64,000 nt of DNA, taken from positions 20,088,001 to 20,152,000 of the forward strand of contig NC_043015.1 of the NCBI RefSeq assembly GCF_006345805.1. The letters are read 5' to 3'. A program made the translations under genes and the position numbers. This document shows positions 26,183 to 40,985 of the stretch, piece after piece. Within the stretch, counting starts at the first letter, position 1. Each line of letters starts with the position of its first letter. A model generated the notes under the pieces. It was not told the DNA's origin. It searched no databases and was given only the letters and a program-made list of their open reading frames with translations. The stretch is from Octopus sinensis (Eukaryota).

Positions 26183-26884
26183 TACACACACACACACACA
26201 TATGGCTGAATATATGTATGTCTATATATATGTGTATGTATGAGTATATATATATATATATATATGCTTATATGTATGTATTATGAAATAAATCATTTTC
26301 AATGCTGGAACTCAAAGTGGATAAAGCTATAAATAAGAGCATGAAGAAAATTAGGCTAAAAGATCCCTTAACAACTTTTGACTTTTTCTATCCAAGGATT
26401 TTTTAAAACCTAATAGTCTATTATTTATAGTTGTATCTACTTCAAGTTCCACTATTAAATATCGATTATATATATATATAATCCCATATATTAAGGTTGT
26501 GTTTTAGGGGACACGGTTTCTAAGTATGATTTAATTCATTTTGCTGTCCATATGTGACTTTAGATTCTTTTAGTAAGTTTTAGCCATTTGCAGTTAAGAC
26601 CAAGTGGGAACTCTGCCGTTAGTTGAATATTTTCTGAGCAGAACTGCCTGCCATATTCCACCTTGGTTAAGTCAGTTATAGAATATCTACAACACGTAAT
26701 TTTGTTTAGAGAGCTACAAAAGCTACCTGTTCTCTATTGCATGGCTGTCCCCATCAATTACCTTTCATGACCAATCCTTTCCCTTCTGTTGATGGTTATT
26801 TGTGAAAAACTGTGGGCTGTGTACGGTGTAGTGCCAATGAAAAAGTCTTTTAAAATGGGTGAAAATTGGAATAAAGAATGTCAT

Positions 26885-27287
26885 CTGTCACAGGGACTTC
26901 CTCCATAGGGTCCTACCAGACACAGAAATTTTTACATTTTTTGGTTGGATTCCCAAGCATGACCAACTGAGATTTTGGATGTTATCCAACCATCTTGTTC
27001 TTGATCTATTCCTAGATCTGCCCATTGGCTTGGCTTGAAGAATGTGTCTTTTCATTCTTTCCTACGACATTCTAATGCATGCCCTTAGGAATGGAACTCC
27101 TAGTGCTGACCTCTCAATGCAGAAACATAGCAGCTCCACCTGAAGAAATTCGCTGATCTCTGATCTATGCACCCTGTTGAATAGCATTATTCTAGAGATC
27201 CTTCAGAGAAACCCCACTTCAGCCCCTTGTATTCACGATTGTCTTTTGATCATTACCCAACATTCATGATCAGCACAACCTCCTAGA
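26885..27287 (-). pseudogene. RTE-clade LINE C-terminal remnant
   Basis: IQGAEVGFL*RISRIMLFNRVHRSEISEFLQVE...RMS*ER...PMGRSRNRSRTRWLDNI...GRTLWR, the RTE post-RT motif series with stops. Confidence 0.8.
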
Positions 27288-28166
27288 TATATATTTAGAG
27301 ATAAAAAAATTAAGAAAAAAATGAAGGAAAAAGGCCAATGAGAGGGTCCTTTTAGACAGGTGAAAGTTAGATTCAAGACTGTTATCTGTCAGAGGTAAAA
27401 AGTACCAGGATAGCAAATATATATATAATGCCTAGATTCAAAAAATATTTAGAAGTACAAAAATATAAAAGAAAAGGAAAAAAAGTCTTGATTGTGCTAT
27501 TGAGTCATTATTCAAGATGGGTGAGTTGAGTTGAGCTTATTGAGTTGAGGGAGTCACTCAAGATGAGTTATTTCAGCTAAGCTGTTTAACCCTTTAGCAT
27601 TTAAATTGGCCAGATCTGACCAAAATATTCTACTTGTTTAATGTTCAAAATGGTCAGATCCAGCCTCTCGCACCTACCCTACAATGTCATTCTAAAAATA
27701 TACAATCACATCATCGAAATCTCAAAGCTACAAGAAAATGCATGATTTATTATCTAAAAGAGAAAAGTTAGTATTAGCAAATCTAATCTGTTCACCCATA
27801 GAAGGATATCTTTGACCATAAACAACTAATACTTATTATATAGTGTAATATTTGATATTGATATTAAAAGGATAGAATTGTAAGTATTATATAGAATACC
27901 TTGTGGTGTTCCATATGTTCTGAGTTTTTAAAATCCTGTTGAGGTAGATTTTTGTCTTTCATCCTTCCCACCAGCATCAATGAAATGAAATATCAACCAA
28001 GTATTAGAGATGATATAATCAGCTGATTTCCTCCCCCACCATCAAATTTCTGACTTTTAGCTCATACTCAGAAATAAGAATCATCATCATCATCATCCTT
28101 ATCATCATCATTATTATTATTATGAGTTTTTCTTCTTTCAATTTCACTTCTTGCCATATGTCTTCC

Positions 28167-28201
<35 letters not shown>

Positions 28202-28964
28202 TATTATTGAAGGCAGTAAGCTGGCAGAATCATTAGCACACTGGGTAAAATGCTTAGCAGCATTTCATCTGTTTGAGTTCAAATTCTGCCAAGATTGACC
28301 TTTCAAGGTCAATAAATTAAGTACCAGTGATACACTGGGGACGATGTAATCGACTAATCCTCTCCTCCAAAATGCTGTCCTTGTGGCTAAATTCGAACCC
28401 ATTATTATTATTATTATTATGATGTGGTATTTATATATGAGGGGAGGAGGTGTAAGCACTTCAGAACTCTTTGCATCCTGAGTTCAAATTCTGCCAGCTA
28501 TACCTTTCATCCTCGTGACCCGTGAGAATGTATGCCACAAGGGGGAACACTTGAATTTACTGTTGCTTCCCTCCCCCCACCAGCCCCCAAACCTGTACAG
28601 GCTTACACAGCAGACTCAAATGTGGTGTTGTCCCCATAAAAATGTCACCGGGGCTGGACTGCCACCCTTGTTGATTGGAGGCAAAGCAAATCGTGGAGAA
28701 GGGTGTTTCAGGGGTGTGGCAGGTTTGTGGAATGGTGGCACTGTCAGTGCATTAGAAAAGATTGCAGTAGTTCTTTGTATTCTGAATTCAAATCTGATTC
28801 CTATCACTGGCTACCCTCATGGAAGGGGCACGGACAGATCTTTTGAGATTGGCCAATAATGGCAGGTCTCCAATGTCAGACAGAACAATATTGTTTGGCA
28901 CAATATTTTGACATATTGTTATTATTATTATTATTATTTTATGTTTGACTATTGCTTTATATTT

Positions 28965-29375
28965 GTACAAGTTGGCTCCAAGTCTCACCCAGAGACCTCA
29001 AGAGACAACAAGTTAGAAGTTCATGTTGGTGTTATGCCTAGGGTGCCATATATTTGGTTTTGCACATAGTATTGTTCTAGAGAATGTTTAAGAAACCATA
29101 AGAAAATTGTGTTTGTTTTAAAATTTCAGATTACATAGAAAGTATTTTGCATAGGATATGAGCAGTTCCATGAGCACTATTTTTTGAATTTCTGCCATTT
29201 TGGGGTTTCCTGGTATCTGAGATAGGAAGCAATCAGCCCCTTTTGCTATCATTTCTAGGGCACCTATGACAACAGGCATTGTTTTAGTCTTCATATTCCA
29301 CATTTTGCTAATTTCTATTTCAAGATCTTTATACTTGCTCAGTTTTTGGTAGGTCTTGACAGATACGTTTATATC
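28965..29375 (-). pseudogene. R4/Dong-clade non-LTR retrotransposon 3' remnant
   Basis: KLSKYKDLEIEISKMWNMKTKTMPVVIGALEMI...IQKIVLM, an RLE C-terminus, followed by 3' UTR and a (TAA)n tail. Confidence 0.85.
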
Positions 29376-29590
29376 GATTATTATTATTATTATTATTATT
29401 ATAGGGTATTTATTATATAGGGAAAATGTTTCAGAATTCTGAATGTTAAGGGTTTGTGCGAGTTGCTATTGTAGAAGTCTGTTGAGGAAAGGAATGGGGG
29501 GAGGGGGTTCTATTTTGTCAAGATGAGAATATTAGACTGTCAAGGAAGAAGGCAATCAGCTTCAGTGTCACTTTTATCTTTCTCTTCTAG

Positions 29591-29750
29591 ATGGATGGAT
29601 GGATGGATTGATGGGTGGTTGGATGGATGGATGGATGGATGGATGTGTGGATGGTTGGGTGGATGGGTGGATGGATGGATGAATGGATGGATGGTTGGAT
29701 GGATAGATGAATGGATGGATGGATGGATGGATGGGTGGTTGGATGGATGA
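29591..29750. repeat. (TGGA)n microsatellite
   Basis: Direct inspection. Confidence 0.95.
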
Positions 29751-31111
29751 TTAGAACTCTCACCGTGCTTGTTCAAAGAAGAGGTGAGTATATGAACGTG
29801 ACAACATCTGCAACAACTCAAAGAAGATCAACATTAATGTTGGACTGGCACAAGATCTGAGAAGACTATGGAAATGACCACAGACATTTTGCCTCCACAA
29901 TGTCCAGACACCATGTACAAGATGAAGGCAGAGAATAGACCATGTTTGGTAGTAATAAAAGTGGTAATAGAAGTGGTCAAAGACATGGTTTGCTGAGACT
30001 GAATGGTTCCAGTGAAGGCCTATTCTTGGATATGAATAATACCATTGGGAACTGCCCTATTTTTTGGTTTGTAATCCCATAACATCTTTTCCCCAGCTTG
30101 TGACAGGTAACCCTGCAAGTATATTGCTTTGAAAAGTTTATTTTTTGCCAGATGGTAACAAAATTATAAATCTTCCGGCAGCTGGTACCACCACCACCAC
30201 ACCATAAAGTTAATTTACTTGTCTTAGAACTAGCATGGTGCTTCTTCTATCAACTCCAGAAGGATGAAAGGCAAAGGGGACATCACACACACACACGACC
30301 TTGAAAGCCTAGAAATATATTTATAAAATGAACTCTGACTTTAGTTTGACTCTGAAATATTAGAATTCTCCTTTGAATTGTTAGAAATCATTGCTGAAGT
30401 TTTCTCACAGGACACAAATTTATTTAACAATTAGCAAACTTTGTTAATTTATCTTTGTTAATGCAGACAACCATTGCTTTACTTGATTTCATTTCTTTTC
30501 TTTCTTTTTTATTAAAATAACTCCTCATTCTATATGTCGCCAGGTCTTAGAATATGAACACCATGTGGCCGTGAACTATAACAGTTGGCAATAGGAAGGC
30601 CCTTTTGGCTGTAAATTGCTGCCTAAGAAAAGGAATCAAAATGAATAAGATCAAACTGTAATCGGACCTTACAAGATAACCCTTTTTTAACAGAGAAAAT
30701 AGCTTTAAACAGTTTTGTTGTTATTTATTATTTAGAAACACGTGAAGTGTTCTCTATTGTGAAATTCAATTTTCTATCTGTTACTACTACTACTACTACA
30801 AAAGTAATGAGCTGGCAGAGTTGTTAGCATGTCAGGCCTGAAATTTGTAGGGTGGGGACTAGTTGATTACATTAACCCCCAGTGTTTCGCTGGTACTTAA
30901 TTTATCAACCCCGAAAGGATGTAAGGCAGAGTTGACCTTGGCAGAATTTGAATTCAATATGATAATAATAATGATGATGATGATAATCAGAAAAGAAAAG
31001 TTTATTGTATTTAATATAGGAAGAGTGAATATTTTATGTCATAATTTGGTAGCTTGACAAGCAATACATATCTGGTTCAAGTCATACATACATACACACA
31101 TGTATGATATG

Positions 31112-31162
<51 letters not shown>

Positions 31163-31189
31163 ATATTTATGTATATATTGGTCAGGGTG

Positions 31190-31790
31190 GGGTAGGGTCT
31201 CCTGCCATTATCATTCTACTTAAACTGTTACAGGTATATACCTTCAAGAAATACATGATCAGGGAGAAGATTCTGGAGGGAAGATGTCCTGGGGTGAAAG
31301 TACTGGACAAAATGGTTAATGTAGAAAGGGAGGGGCTGATGTGCCAAGAGTGACCAGAGGCAGAGGGATGAGTGGGTGAGATGGGTACTGAAGAAGAGAG
31401 GCCATTGTTGTAGCAATAACAAAAAAGATAGAAAGAGGAGAGTGGATGTGTGTGGGCAAGAGGCTGGAGCATGTCCATTAGTGATTGATTGCAATGCGCT
31501 GAGTAGCCCATCTCTGGATGCAGTCCAAGATATCTGTGTGCGTAGTAGCAGCACCGTCCCAGATGTGGGAACAGGACTCCATAGTGGACCTCACTTGTGG
31601 GTCACGTAGAGTGTCAGCAGTTGTAGGAGGTTGAAATATTTCTCAGCCCTGAAGAGAAAGGACCAGTTGTTGGGGGTGTGACCCTAGCTATACTAGGAAT
31701 GTACATTCATTAGGAGCTGCATTAGATGATAGAGAAGCCCAGCATATGGAGTAATTGTGAGGGCCTTACCTGAATGCTATTCATGTTTGG
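31190..31790 (-). pseudogene. CR1/L2-group LINE 3' remnant
   Basis: LFRAEKYF...PQVRSTMESCSHIWDGAATTHTDILDCIQRWA...PRT...LP-x-HVF, with frameshifts. Confidence 0.8.
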
Positions 31791-32360
31791 TGGCACTTGG
31801 TGGGGGTGGGGGCACTGACACATCTCCACCACCATTTCTCTAAGTCTTTCTCTCTGTCTTTCTTTTCCAACAGTGGTCGCCACATATCTCCTCTGCAGCA
31901 AGACACTTAAATCTACCCTGCAATTATTATAATTTTTAACCTCTCATCAACACCCACAATACTACTCCTTTTCCCAGTTGAGGGCGGGGGTTTTTTGCAA
32001 GTCGCTTGGTGACCCTACTGATGCTAGTGCCATGCAGAAAGCCCCCAGTCTACACTCTGTAAAGTGGTTGGCATTAGGAAGAGCATCCAGCCATAGAAAC
32101 CATGCCAAAACAGGGAAATAGAGCTTAGCACAGTCCTCTGGCTTGTCAGCTCATGTCAAACTGTCCAACTATTGTAGAAGACATTTGCCCAAAGTGCCAC
32201 ACAGTGGGACTGAACCTGGAGCCATGGTTGGGATGCAGGTTTCTTACCACATAGCCACTCATGCACCTATATATATAAATATATATACATATACACATAT
32301 ATATACATATACACATATATATACATACACACACATATATACATACACACACACACACAT

Positions 32361-32392
<32 letters not shown>

Positions 32393-32395
<3 letters not shown>

Positions 32396-33290
32396 CTAAC
32401 TGATGTACCTGGTATATTTCGGGGGTAAGCAGGGCTTATCCCTTCGTTCCATTCTTATATAATTGTTTCGCTAATTCAATAGCAATACAAAGTATGTATT
32501 CCTTAAAACGGTTTTTGTACATTTATTGAGAATACCAAACTGTCTTACACAGGATTTTGTTTTTAGGAATTCCCAATAAGTTAAGAATACCCAAATTGTG
32601 AAGTCACTTATGTAATAACATGAAATTAATTACCTGATAGTAAGAATTCAAATAAAGTAGCACCGAAAAAGGCTTTAATTTATTCCCAGGGAATATAGAA
32701 CTTAGGTATGTATTCTAAAATCGTGAAGCATGTTACATAAAAACAGGATCATCAGATGAGATAATAATACTTCAAAGTAAATAACTCTGAGAAAAGCTTT
32801 TGAGCGTTCGCAGAGAATATTACCTTCAGCGGTGCTAGTGTTGGTATATTCATGAACAAGTCACTAACTGAAATAAGTGGATCTATTGTTTAGGAAAATA
32901 CTATTTACTTGTTTAAGCATTGTACTGGATAAATTGTGAAAATAACTCAAATAGTTCAAATACTAAGAAATAAGCATACTCAATTTGATTTATACATAAT
33001 TTACGAATATGAATGGATTATTTCCCTTCGCTATATGTAAGGATCCCTTTCAGGAGCAAATGGGTTATTTTCCTTGGATGTTTAAAAATAATATATTAGC
33101 TATATGTAGTAGATATAAGAATCCCTTCCAGGGGCCCTATTATCGATTTTTTCAACAATCTAAGTATTTGAATAGTTTTCCAGACATGTGTTCTACTCAT
33201 GTGTCAAGTTTCACCAAAATCGATAAAACGATGTAGGAGTTAGATAACAACAGCACAAACACACCCACAGATTTCCACATACTTAGTATA
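32393..33290 (+). mobile_element. Helitron-like non-autonomous element
   Basis: Starts atactaactgatgtacctggtatatttcggg and ends gtcaagtttcaccaaaatcg...acaaacacacccacagatttccacatacttagtatata. Same architecture as 7716 and 11830. Confidence 0.55.
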
Positions 33291-34439
33291 TATACATATG
33301 TAGTATATATATATATATCTACATGCACAGACTCACACACATGCATACACAATCTTGTAACATAACAGTGCATCCGTTTTATTCTCTCTCAAACTGATAA
33401 ATATTATATCTAATATCGGGTTTCATTTTCTTTCTCACGGTTGAGCAGTTACCAAGTAGAAAAAGGCATCCAGCTGTAAAAACAAAGGCAAAAAAGAAAA
33501 AAAAACTCTAAACTCCTCCAAAAATAAACTTCTCACCCTTCCCCCCTAATAATTATTACATGGCAGTATGAACGAGAAGCAAAAATCATTTGGTTGGAGG
33601 TGTTCACTCCTCTCACTTGCAGTCTTTTTTTTATATTTATGTTATGGAGGAAAAAGAAGTTTGCTTTTGTTTTTGTACTGGAAACCCCAAGTCAACAAGT
33701 AAAGGAGATATGTAGGGGTGTGTGTGAAAGAGAGAGAGAGAGAGGGGGGGGGAATGAGAAGAAGAGTGTGCGAGTGGGAGTGAGATATAGAGAGTGTTAC
33801 AAGGAGATTCAAAAACCTAGTCTTCAGCAAAGCAACTGTGGTAATGATTATAGAGGGGATTTCCAACATTGGTTCATGGTCACAAAAATACAAAAAAAAA
33901 TCATTGTAGGAGGGGTGGATGAGGCATAATTTGCTTAATTAATTTCAGTACTTGATCAGGGTTTGATTTTATCAACCCCATCACTCTGCCAGAACATTAC
34001 AAGACAAAGATGACAGCTGTAAGGTTTGAACACAAAAAGGCATGTAATCAAATAACTGCAAGGTATCCTTTTTTTCCGAAAAATTGCTTTCACTGCCCCA
34101 TTTCCCTTTTTTCAATACCTCAGTCACAGGAAAAAGGGCAGTGCCCATAACCCTTTTCAGGGCTTTCTCTGACCGTTGAGGGAAAGATTAAATACCCATG
34201 AACCTTTTCAAGGCCTCTCTAACTAGTAAGAGAGGTGAAAATACTCATGGTTCTTTTAAGGGGTTCTCTGGTGAGAGAAAGGGTAGCATCTGAGGCTTTT
34301 ATTTACTGGTGAGGGCAAGGATAAATGCTCATAGCCCTTTTCAAGCCTTCCCAGACTTAAGGAAGAGCAATATCTATGACCCTTTCCACCAAAGATTGTG
34401 AGTACAACACCTAAACCACTAGGCCATAATAATAATGAT

Positions 34440-35560
34440 GATGATAAATTTGTAAGTTTGGCACAAGGCTCTCCAATTTTGTGGGGATAACAATGGCCCC
34501 TAATAAGTGACCAGAACTTCATTTTATCCCACTCCTGTAAAGATGAAAGGCAAAATTAACCTTGGCAGGATTTGAAATTAGAATGTTGCTAATAAGCTAT
34601 TTTGTCTGGCATTCTTCTCATTTTGCATTCCATAGCCTTATTACTAATTGCATCTGCTATATGTATAAGGTTTGAAATTTCGGGGAGTGGGGGGTTAGTC
34701 GATTGTATGGATCCCAGTATACTTGACTGGTACTTTACTTTTACTGAATCTGGTGGGATAGAAGGCAGAATAGCCCTCAGCAAGATTTGAACTCAGAAGA
34801 TAAAGAACTGGAACAAATGCTGCTGGACATTTTATCTGACAATCTGATGATTCTGCTAGTCTTTCATTCTATGCAGCTAGCTCTCTTAATAAGTTTCCAA
34901 TTTTGGCACAAGGCCAGCAGTTTTAGGGGAGTGGGGTCAGATAATAACCTTGACACTAGAGCTTGATAGGCATTTTATTTTATTGACCACAGAAGAAAGA
35001 AAGGCAAGGTTGACCTCAGTGGGATTCGAACTCAGAACATGTAGGATCAAAAATACCGGAAACTATTTTTCTGACACTCTAATGACTCTGCCAGTTTTCC
35101 ACCTTTTAATAAATAACTTTTTCTACTCTAGGCACAAGGCCTGGAATTTTAGTGGAGGTGGAGGGGTTAGTTGATTACATTGGCCCCCAGTATACAACTG
35201 GTATTTATTTTATCAACCTTGAAAGGATGAAAGGCAAAGATGTCCTTAGAGAAATTTGAACTGAAAACAAGAAGGCAGACAAAATGCCACTAAACATTTT
35301 GTCCAGCACGCTAACGATTCTGATAGCTCGCTGCTTTTTTAAACAATAATAATTGTTCCAAATCTTGATGCAAGGCCATCAATTTTAGTAAGGGTGGGGG
35401 GTTAAGTCAATTACCTTGACCCCAGTACCTGACTGGTACTTTATTTTATCAACCTGGACAGAACAAAAGGCCAAGTTGACCATGGGAGGATATGGAGAGT
35501 TGGAAGAAATACCATTAAGCATTTTCTCCAATGTGCTAAAGATTTTTCCAGTTTGTTGTC
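34440..35560 (-). mobile_element. Head-to-tail cluster of five degenerate family B SINEs
   Basis: The ggcacaaggc...gatgaaaggcaa...tttgaac unit recurs near 34458, 34665, 34905, 35130 and 35368. Confidence 0.8.
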
Positions 35561-35889
35561 TTCACAGCCCTAATAATAATGGTAATAATAATTATAGTAA
35601 AAATTGTAATTTATAGTGTAAATATATAATTTTCATTTATAATAGTTATAAGCTGTGATAACCATACATTAATATATATATAATAACATATTATTAACAA
35701 AGACCCATATATGTCATTAAGAAAACCCCATCTATAGTATTGACAAAATAAATAAAAATTCAGCAGAATTTTCCCCGCCATGTGAGATCAAATATATGAG
35801 ATTTAATTTATAACAGGGATGGAAAATTTTAGTGAAGGAATCAGAGAGGGAGGATTGATGGGAGGTAACTGATAATAACAGTTTTCAAC

Positions 35890-35943
<54 letters not shown>

Positions 35944-36244
35944 GTTATTATTATTATTTCAAAATACATATTCCATGAAAATTTAATTGAAAATTTTAAA
36001 TACTTGTACTATAACATGCTTTTGTTATTCTAAAAAAATACTTATTGTTTTTTTTTAAATTAAATACAAACACACACACACACACATACACACATAAAAA
36101 AGAAAACAAAATAAAAACACAAAGATATTTTTCAAGATGGAAATTTTCATAATAAAAATTCTTCAGAATTTTTTCAATTTAGAAATGAAGAAAAAAAAAA
36201 ATGAATTAAAATATGTCAAAGTGAAAAATATACATATTTAAAAA

Positions 36245-36765
36245 AAGTGGAAAGGTGTTAAATTTTTGAAATTGTCAAATTATTTTAAAATGTGGAAAAT
36301 TTAAAGTTTCACAATCTACTCAGAAAAGAAAAAAAAATTGCGTGTGGAAATATTCACAATTTACTTAACCAGGTAAGAAAGAAAAAGGCAAAAAAAAAAA
36401 AAACCCCACAAACTGCAATGCAGAAAATTTTCTGTTTAACTCAAATAAAATTTGAAATGTGGAAAAAATGTTCTATTTAAAACTACTTGGATTTCTCCAT
36501 TGTGGAAATGCTTGAAAGAAAAAAAGAAATTTGAAAAAAAATCCACTTTACAAATATAAATTTATTCTTTTGCTTACAAGTGGAAATTTTTTTCTTTCAA
36601 AAAAATATTGTAGATGACAATGTGGAAATGTTTCTATTTTAAAACTACTGAGCTACTTCAATGTGGAAATTATCCCATTTAAGACTACTCAGCTATTTCA
36701 ATGTGGAAAAAAAATGTTCACATTTTAGAAAACTACATGGAATTATTATTGCAGAGTGGAAAGTT
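36245..36765 (+). repeat. Degenerate ~40-bp repeat with ten GTGGAAA cores
   Basis: GTGGAAA near 36247, 36292, 36344, 36459, 36502, 36580, 36622, 36663, 36703 and 36756. Confidence 0.7.
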
Positions 36766-37136
36766 TTTTTTTTTTTAAATTTAACACTAATGAAAGTTGA
36801 AAGTAGAATATATACATATATACACATACATATATACATAGATGTGTACATATGTATAAATATACATACATAATATATATTAATCAATGTCTACAGTATT
36901 ACAGATCCATTTCAGCCAATCTTACCAATCAGATCAGTTTTGCAGTGGGTATTAGATAAGCATATATATATATGTATGTAAGTATGCATGCATGTGTGTG
37001 TATATTTATATACACACACATTATCTCATGTGTTGTTTGACATGTTATAATTAAGAAAACAAAACAATATATTAAAATATACACAAATTAGAGCATAAAT
37101 AATGATGAAGATGAATATACATGTACATACATACAC

Positions 37137-37168
<32 letters not shown>

Positions 37169-37994
37169 ATATGTATGTATGTGTATATATATATATATAA
37201 TATATATATATATATCATTATTATTATCAATCTGATTTGAAATTTATGTTGGAATTCTGAGAGGTCAGGATGACTTGTGAAGGAAAAAAAAAAGTTAAAG
37301 AAATGTAAACACATGCACACAGGTGTGTCTGACAAATGCAAGCATAATTACAGACAACACACACACACATACACCTGTATATTTACAAAGAGATCCACAC
37401 AGATATATATCTATAGACATTCATACACATCTTGATTATCAAGTGTCAGAACAAAGTAGGTTCAGATAAGGAAGGTGAAAATATTTGCTGGATCAGAAGT
37501 GGTGATGGTGCTGGGGAAACCCTCAGCAATTTTATAGTGCTGCCACTGTAGACAGTGTGATATATGAACCCCATGACACCTACTTAGAGACAGGTAGGCT
37601 TAGTTTTTGCATGTAGACTTGATATGAGCTCTTGTAGCAACCACATTCCTTCAAATCACACCATATTATATTAAAACAAGAAGGACACTGTGGACAATGG
37701 AGTCCTTGATATATGTAGAATACAAAAAAAAAAAAAAAAAAAGAAGCCCAACACCATTGACTCTTTCAGGAACATTATTTTTCATGCTCAGAATTGTTGA
37801 CTCATGGGGAATAAACAACCATCAAAGTTATTGACTGCCAAGACAATGCATCCTTCCACAATTCCATGCTTTCCAAAATTCCTGACACACTTGTGTTCTC
37901 TCTCTTCTCTATGACTCTTTTTATGTTCAATTGTCTATTGTATTCTCTTTTATCCTGCGAACTATGCATATATTATGAGCTTACAAATAATCTT

Positions 37995-38375
37995 TTCTAC
38001 TCTAGGCACAAGGCCCAAAATTTTTAGAGAGGGGGCCAGTCGATTACATTGAACCCAGTATGCAACTGGTACTTAATTTATCGACCCCAAAAGGATGAAA
38101 GGCAAAATCGACCTTGGCGGAAATTGAACTCAGAACGTAAAGACATGAAATACCTATTTCTTTATTACCCACAAGGGGCTAAACACAGAGGAGACAAACA
38201 AGGACGGACATAGGTATTAAATCGATTACATCGACCCCAGTGCGTAACTGGTACTTTATTTATCGACCCCGAAAGGATGAAAGGCAAAATCGACCTTGGC
38301 GGAAATTGAACTCAGAATGTAAAGACATGAAATACCGCTAAGCATTTTGCACGGCGTGCTAATGTTTCTGCCAGC
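37995..38375 (-). mobile_element. Young family B SINE with an internal duplication
   Basis: atcgacccc(a/g)aaaggatgaaaggcaaaatcgaccttggcggaaattgaactcagaa occurs twice; CpGs retained. Confidence 0.9.
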
Positions 38376-38449
38376 TCAAGTTCCATTGTTAAAAATGGTT
38401 TATTTCATGTCTCTTCAAGTTTCTAAATTCTTAAGATATGAACAATATG

Positions 38450-38514
<65 letters not shown>

Positions 38515-40100
38515 TTACATATATATATACATACATACACACACATAAATATATATAAACACACATACGTATACTAACACTACACCGGACATGCTTATAC
38601 GATCTTCTTCTTTATGATTTTTTCAATCATCATTTTTCTGTCATTTTGTCTTTTATCTTGTGTATTATGCATCTATTTCGGGCCACCATTGCTGGTCTTT
38701 CCTTACTAGAATTATATGTCTACTTTCTGTCCGTTCTTTTGCCTTTTCCAATGAATTGAGTACTGCATATGAGTGCTATATTCAAGAATTACATTACCAT
38801 TATTATCTTGCAAGTTACTTGGTGATCTCACAAGTGCCAGTGACACACACACACACACACAAAACCCAATTCAGTCCATGCTGTAAAGTAGTTGGCATTA
38901 GGAAGGGCATCCGGCCATAGAAACTGTGCTGAAGCAGACACTGGAGATCATTGCAGTCCTCTTGCCTTGTTGAACTGTTCAACCTGTGCCAGCTTGGAAG
39001 CATGGAACAAAAACGTTAAATGAAGCTGACAATAATGATGATGATGATGATGATGATAATTTGCTTGGAAACAAGTGAGGGTTAGTAACAGGAAGAGTGC
39101 CCGGCCGTAGGAAATTTTCTTCAACAAATTCTGTCCGAGCCATGGAAGTGAGATGATGATGATGATTATATATAAATATATGTATATATATATATATATC
39201 AGCTGGATGGTCATGGATGATATGTCTTTGATCATAAGACCTGCTCAATTAGAGCTGACCTGAAGTTATACAACAAAAACATCAACATCATCATCACCAA
39301 TGTTACCATCATGACCATCATCATCATCATCATCATCACCGCCATAATAATGATAAATGATGAGTAACAACAGACAGAAACAGCTGGAACAACGAGAAAC
39401 AAAGCAACAAGCCTGGACTGACATACTGTGCCCTCTACAGTCAACCTGGGTGGTGACAGTGAGCTGCTTTACTGTATACATCTTGCTTTTTAGAATTGGT
39501 ACACAACATCCCTGTAAGTCGTGAGAAACAGCTACAAGGGTGAGCGTCAGGAAGAGTGTCCAACTGTAAAACACTACTTTAAGTAAAACCTGTCCAACCC
39601 ATGCCAGCTTGGAAAAGTGGGTGTAAAATGCTGCTGTTGCTCATGTTGATGACAATGATGATGATTATCTGAGAGTGAGTTGTGTAGTTGTCCAGTAGAT
39701 GGAGCACTGGTGCAGTTGATGACACCTAGTCTCATGAAACATGCCATAGGCTGGGTTTGAAGCTGACACAGGGAACAACAACAACAACAACAACACAGAT
39801 AGTAGAAAACACACATAACAGTACATATATGTGAAGACACATACACAGGCAGACACTGTGTATGTGTTTAAAGATTTGAAAAGAGTTGAGTAAACAACCT
39901 TGCCTAAGAGTGTGATGATACATGTGTCAAAATTTCAATACAAATACACATAAATATCAACACACACAAAGCACATATATCAACACATACATAAATACTA
40001 ATGCACATACACACACACACACAGATATGAACACATTCACACATATCAGCACATATTCAAATTTCAGCACACACACACACAGACCCTCTCTCTCTCTCTC

Positions 40101-40490
40101 TCCATATCATGGCACTCCATTGGTCACGGCGATGAGGGTTCCAGTTGGTCCGATCAACGGAACAGCCGGCTCGTGAAATTAACGTGCTAGTGGCTGAGCG
40201 CTTCACAGACACATGTACCTTTAATGTAGTTCTCAGGGGGATTCAGCATGATACAGTGTGTGACAAAGCTGTTCCTTTGAAATACAAGTACAACAGAAAC
40301 AGGAAGAAAGAGTGAGAGAAAGTTGTAGTGAAAGAGTACAGCAGGGTTCACCACAACCTCCTGCTGGAGCCTTGCGGAGCTTTAGATGTTTTTGCTGAAT
40401 AAACACTCATAATGCCTGGTCTGGGAATCGAAACTCTGATCCTATAACTGTGAGTCTGCTGCCTTAACCACTGGGCCATTGTGCCTCCAC
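40101..40490 (-). mobile_element. tRNA-derived SINE (family D)
   Basis: Head ggaggcacaatggcccagtggttaagg...gtttcgattccc, distinct body, (GA)n tail. Confidence 0.8.
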
Positions 40491-40604
40491 TCTCCATATA
40501 TGCGGGTGTTAAAGACATGTTGTTTTTTATATTCTTAATCATAACAAAATAATGCCATGCATCTAATGCGACTGGATTATAGATACAATACTGAGTTTGT
40601 GGAT

Positions 40605-40985
40605 GTCTCTTTTATCTGTTTCAGACATTAGACTGTGGCCATGCTGGGGCACCGCCTTGAAGAATTTTTAGTCGAATGAATCAACTCCAGGACTTAATAT
40701 TTTTTTAAAGCTTGGTACTTAGTCTATCAATATCTTTTGCTGAACTGCTAAGTAGCAGGGACACAAACAAACGAACGAACGAACCAATCAATCAGTTGGG
40801 GGGACAAACACAGACACAAGCATGATGGGCTTCTTTCAGTTTCTATCTAGCAAATCCACTCACAAGGCTTTGGTCAGCCCAAAACTGTTTGTAGAAAGCA
40901 CTTGTCCAAGGTGCTACGCAGTGGGACCGAAGCTGGAACCCTGTGGTCGGGGAGCAAACTTCTTACCACACAGCCACACCTGCAC
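40605..40985 (-). mobile_element. Family A SINE
   Basis: Full-length reverse copy. Confidence 0.85.

Noticed and set aside
28515-28859. 114-aa plus-strand ORF
   Set aside because: No recognisable motif or splice signals; lies between SINE fragments.
29591-29785. Exonised (TGGA)n between a good acceptor and gag|gtgagt
   Set aside because: Frames tested contain stops, and flanks look like a LINE remnant split by a microsatellite.
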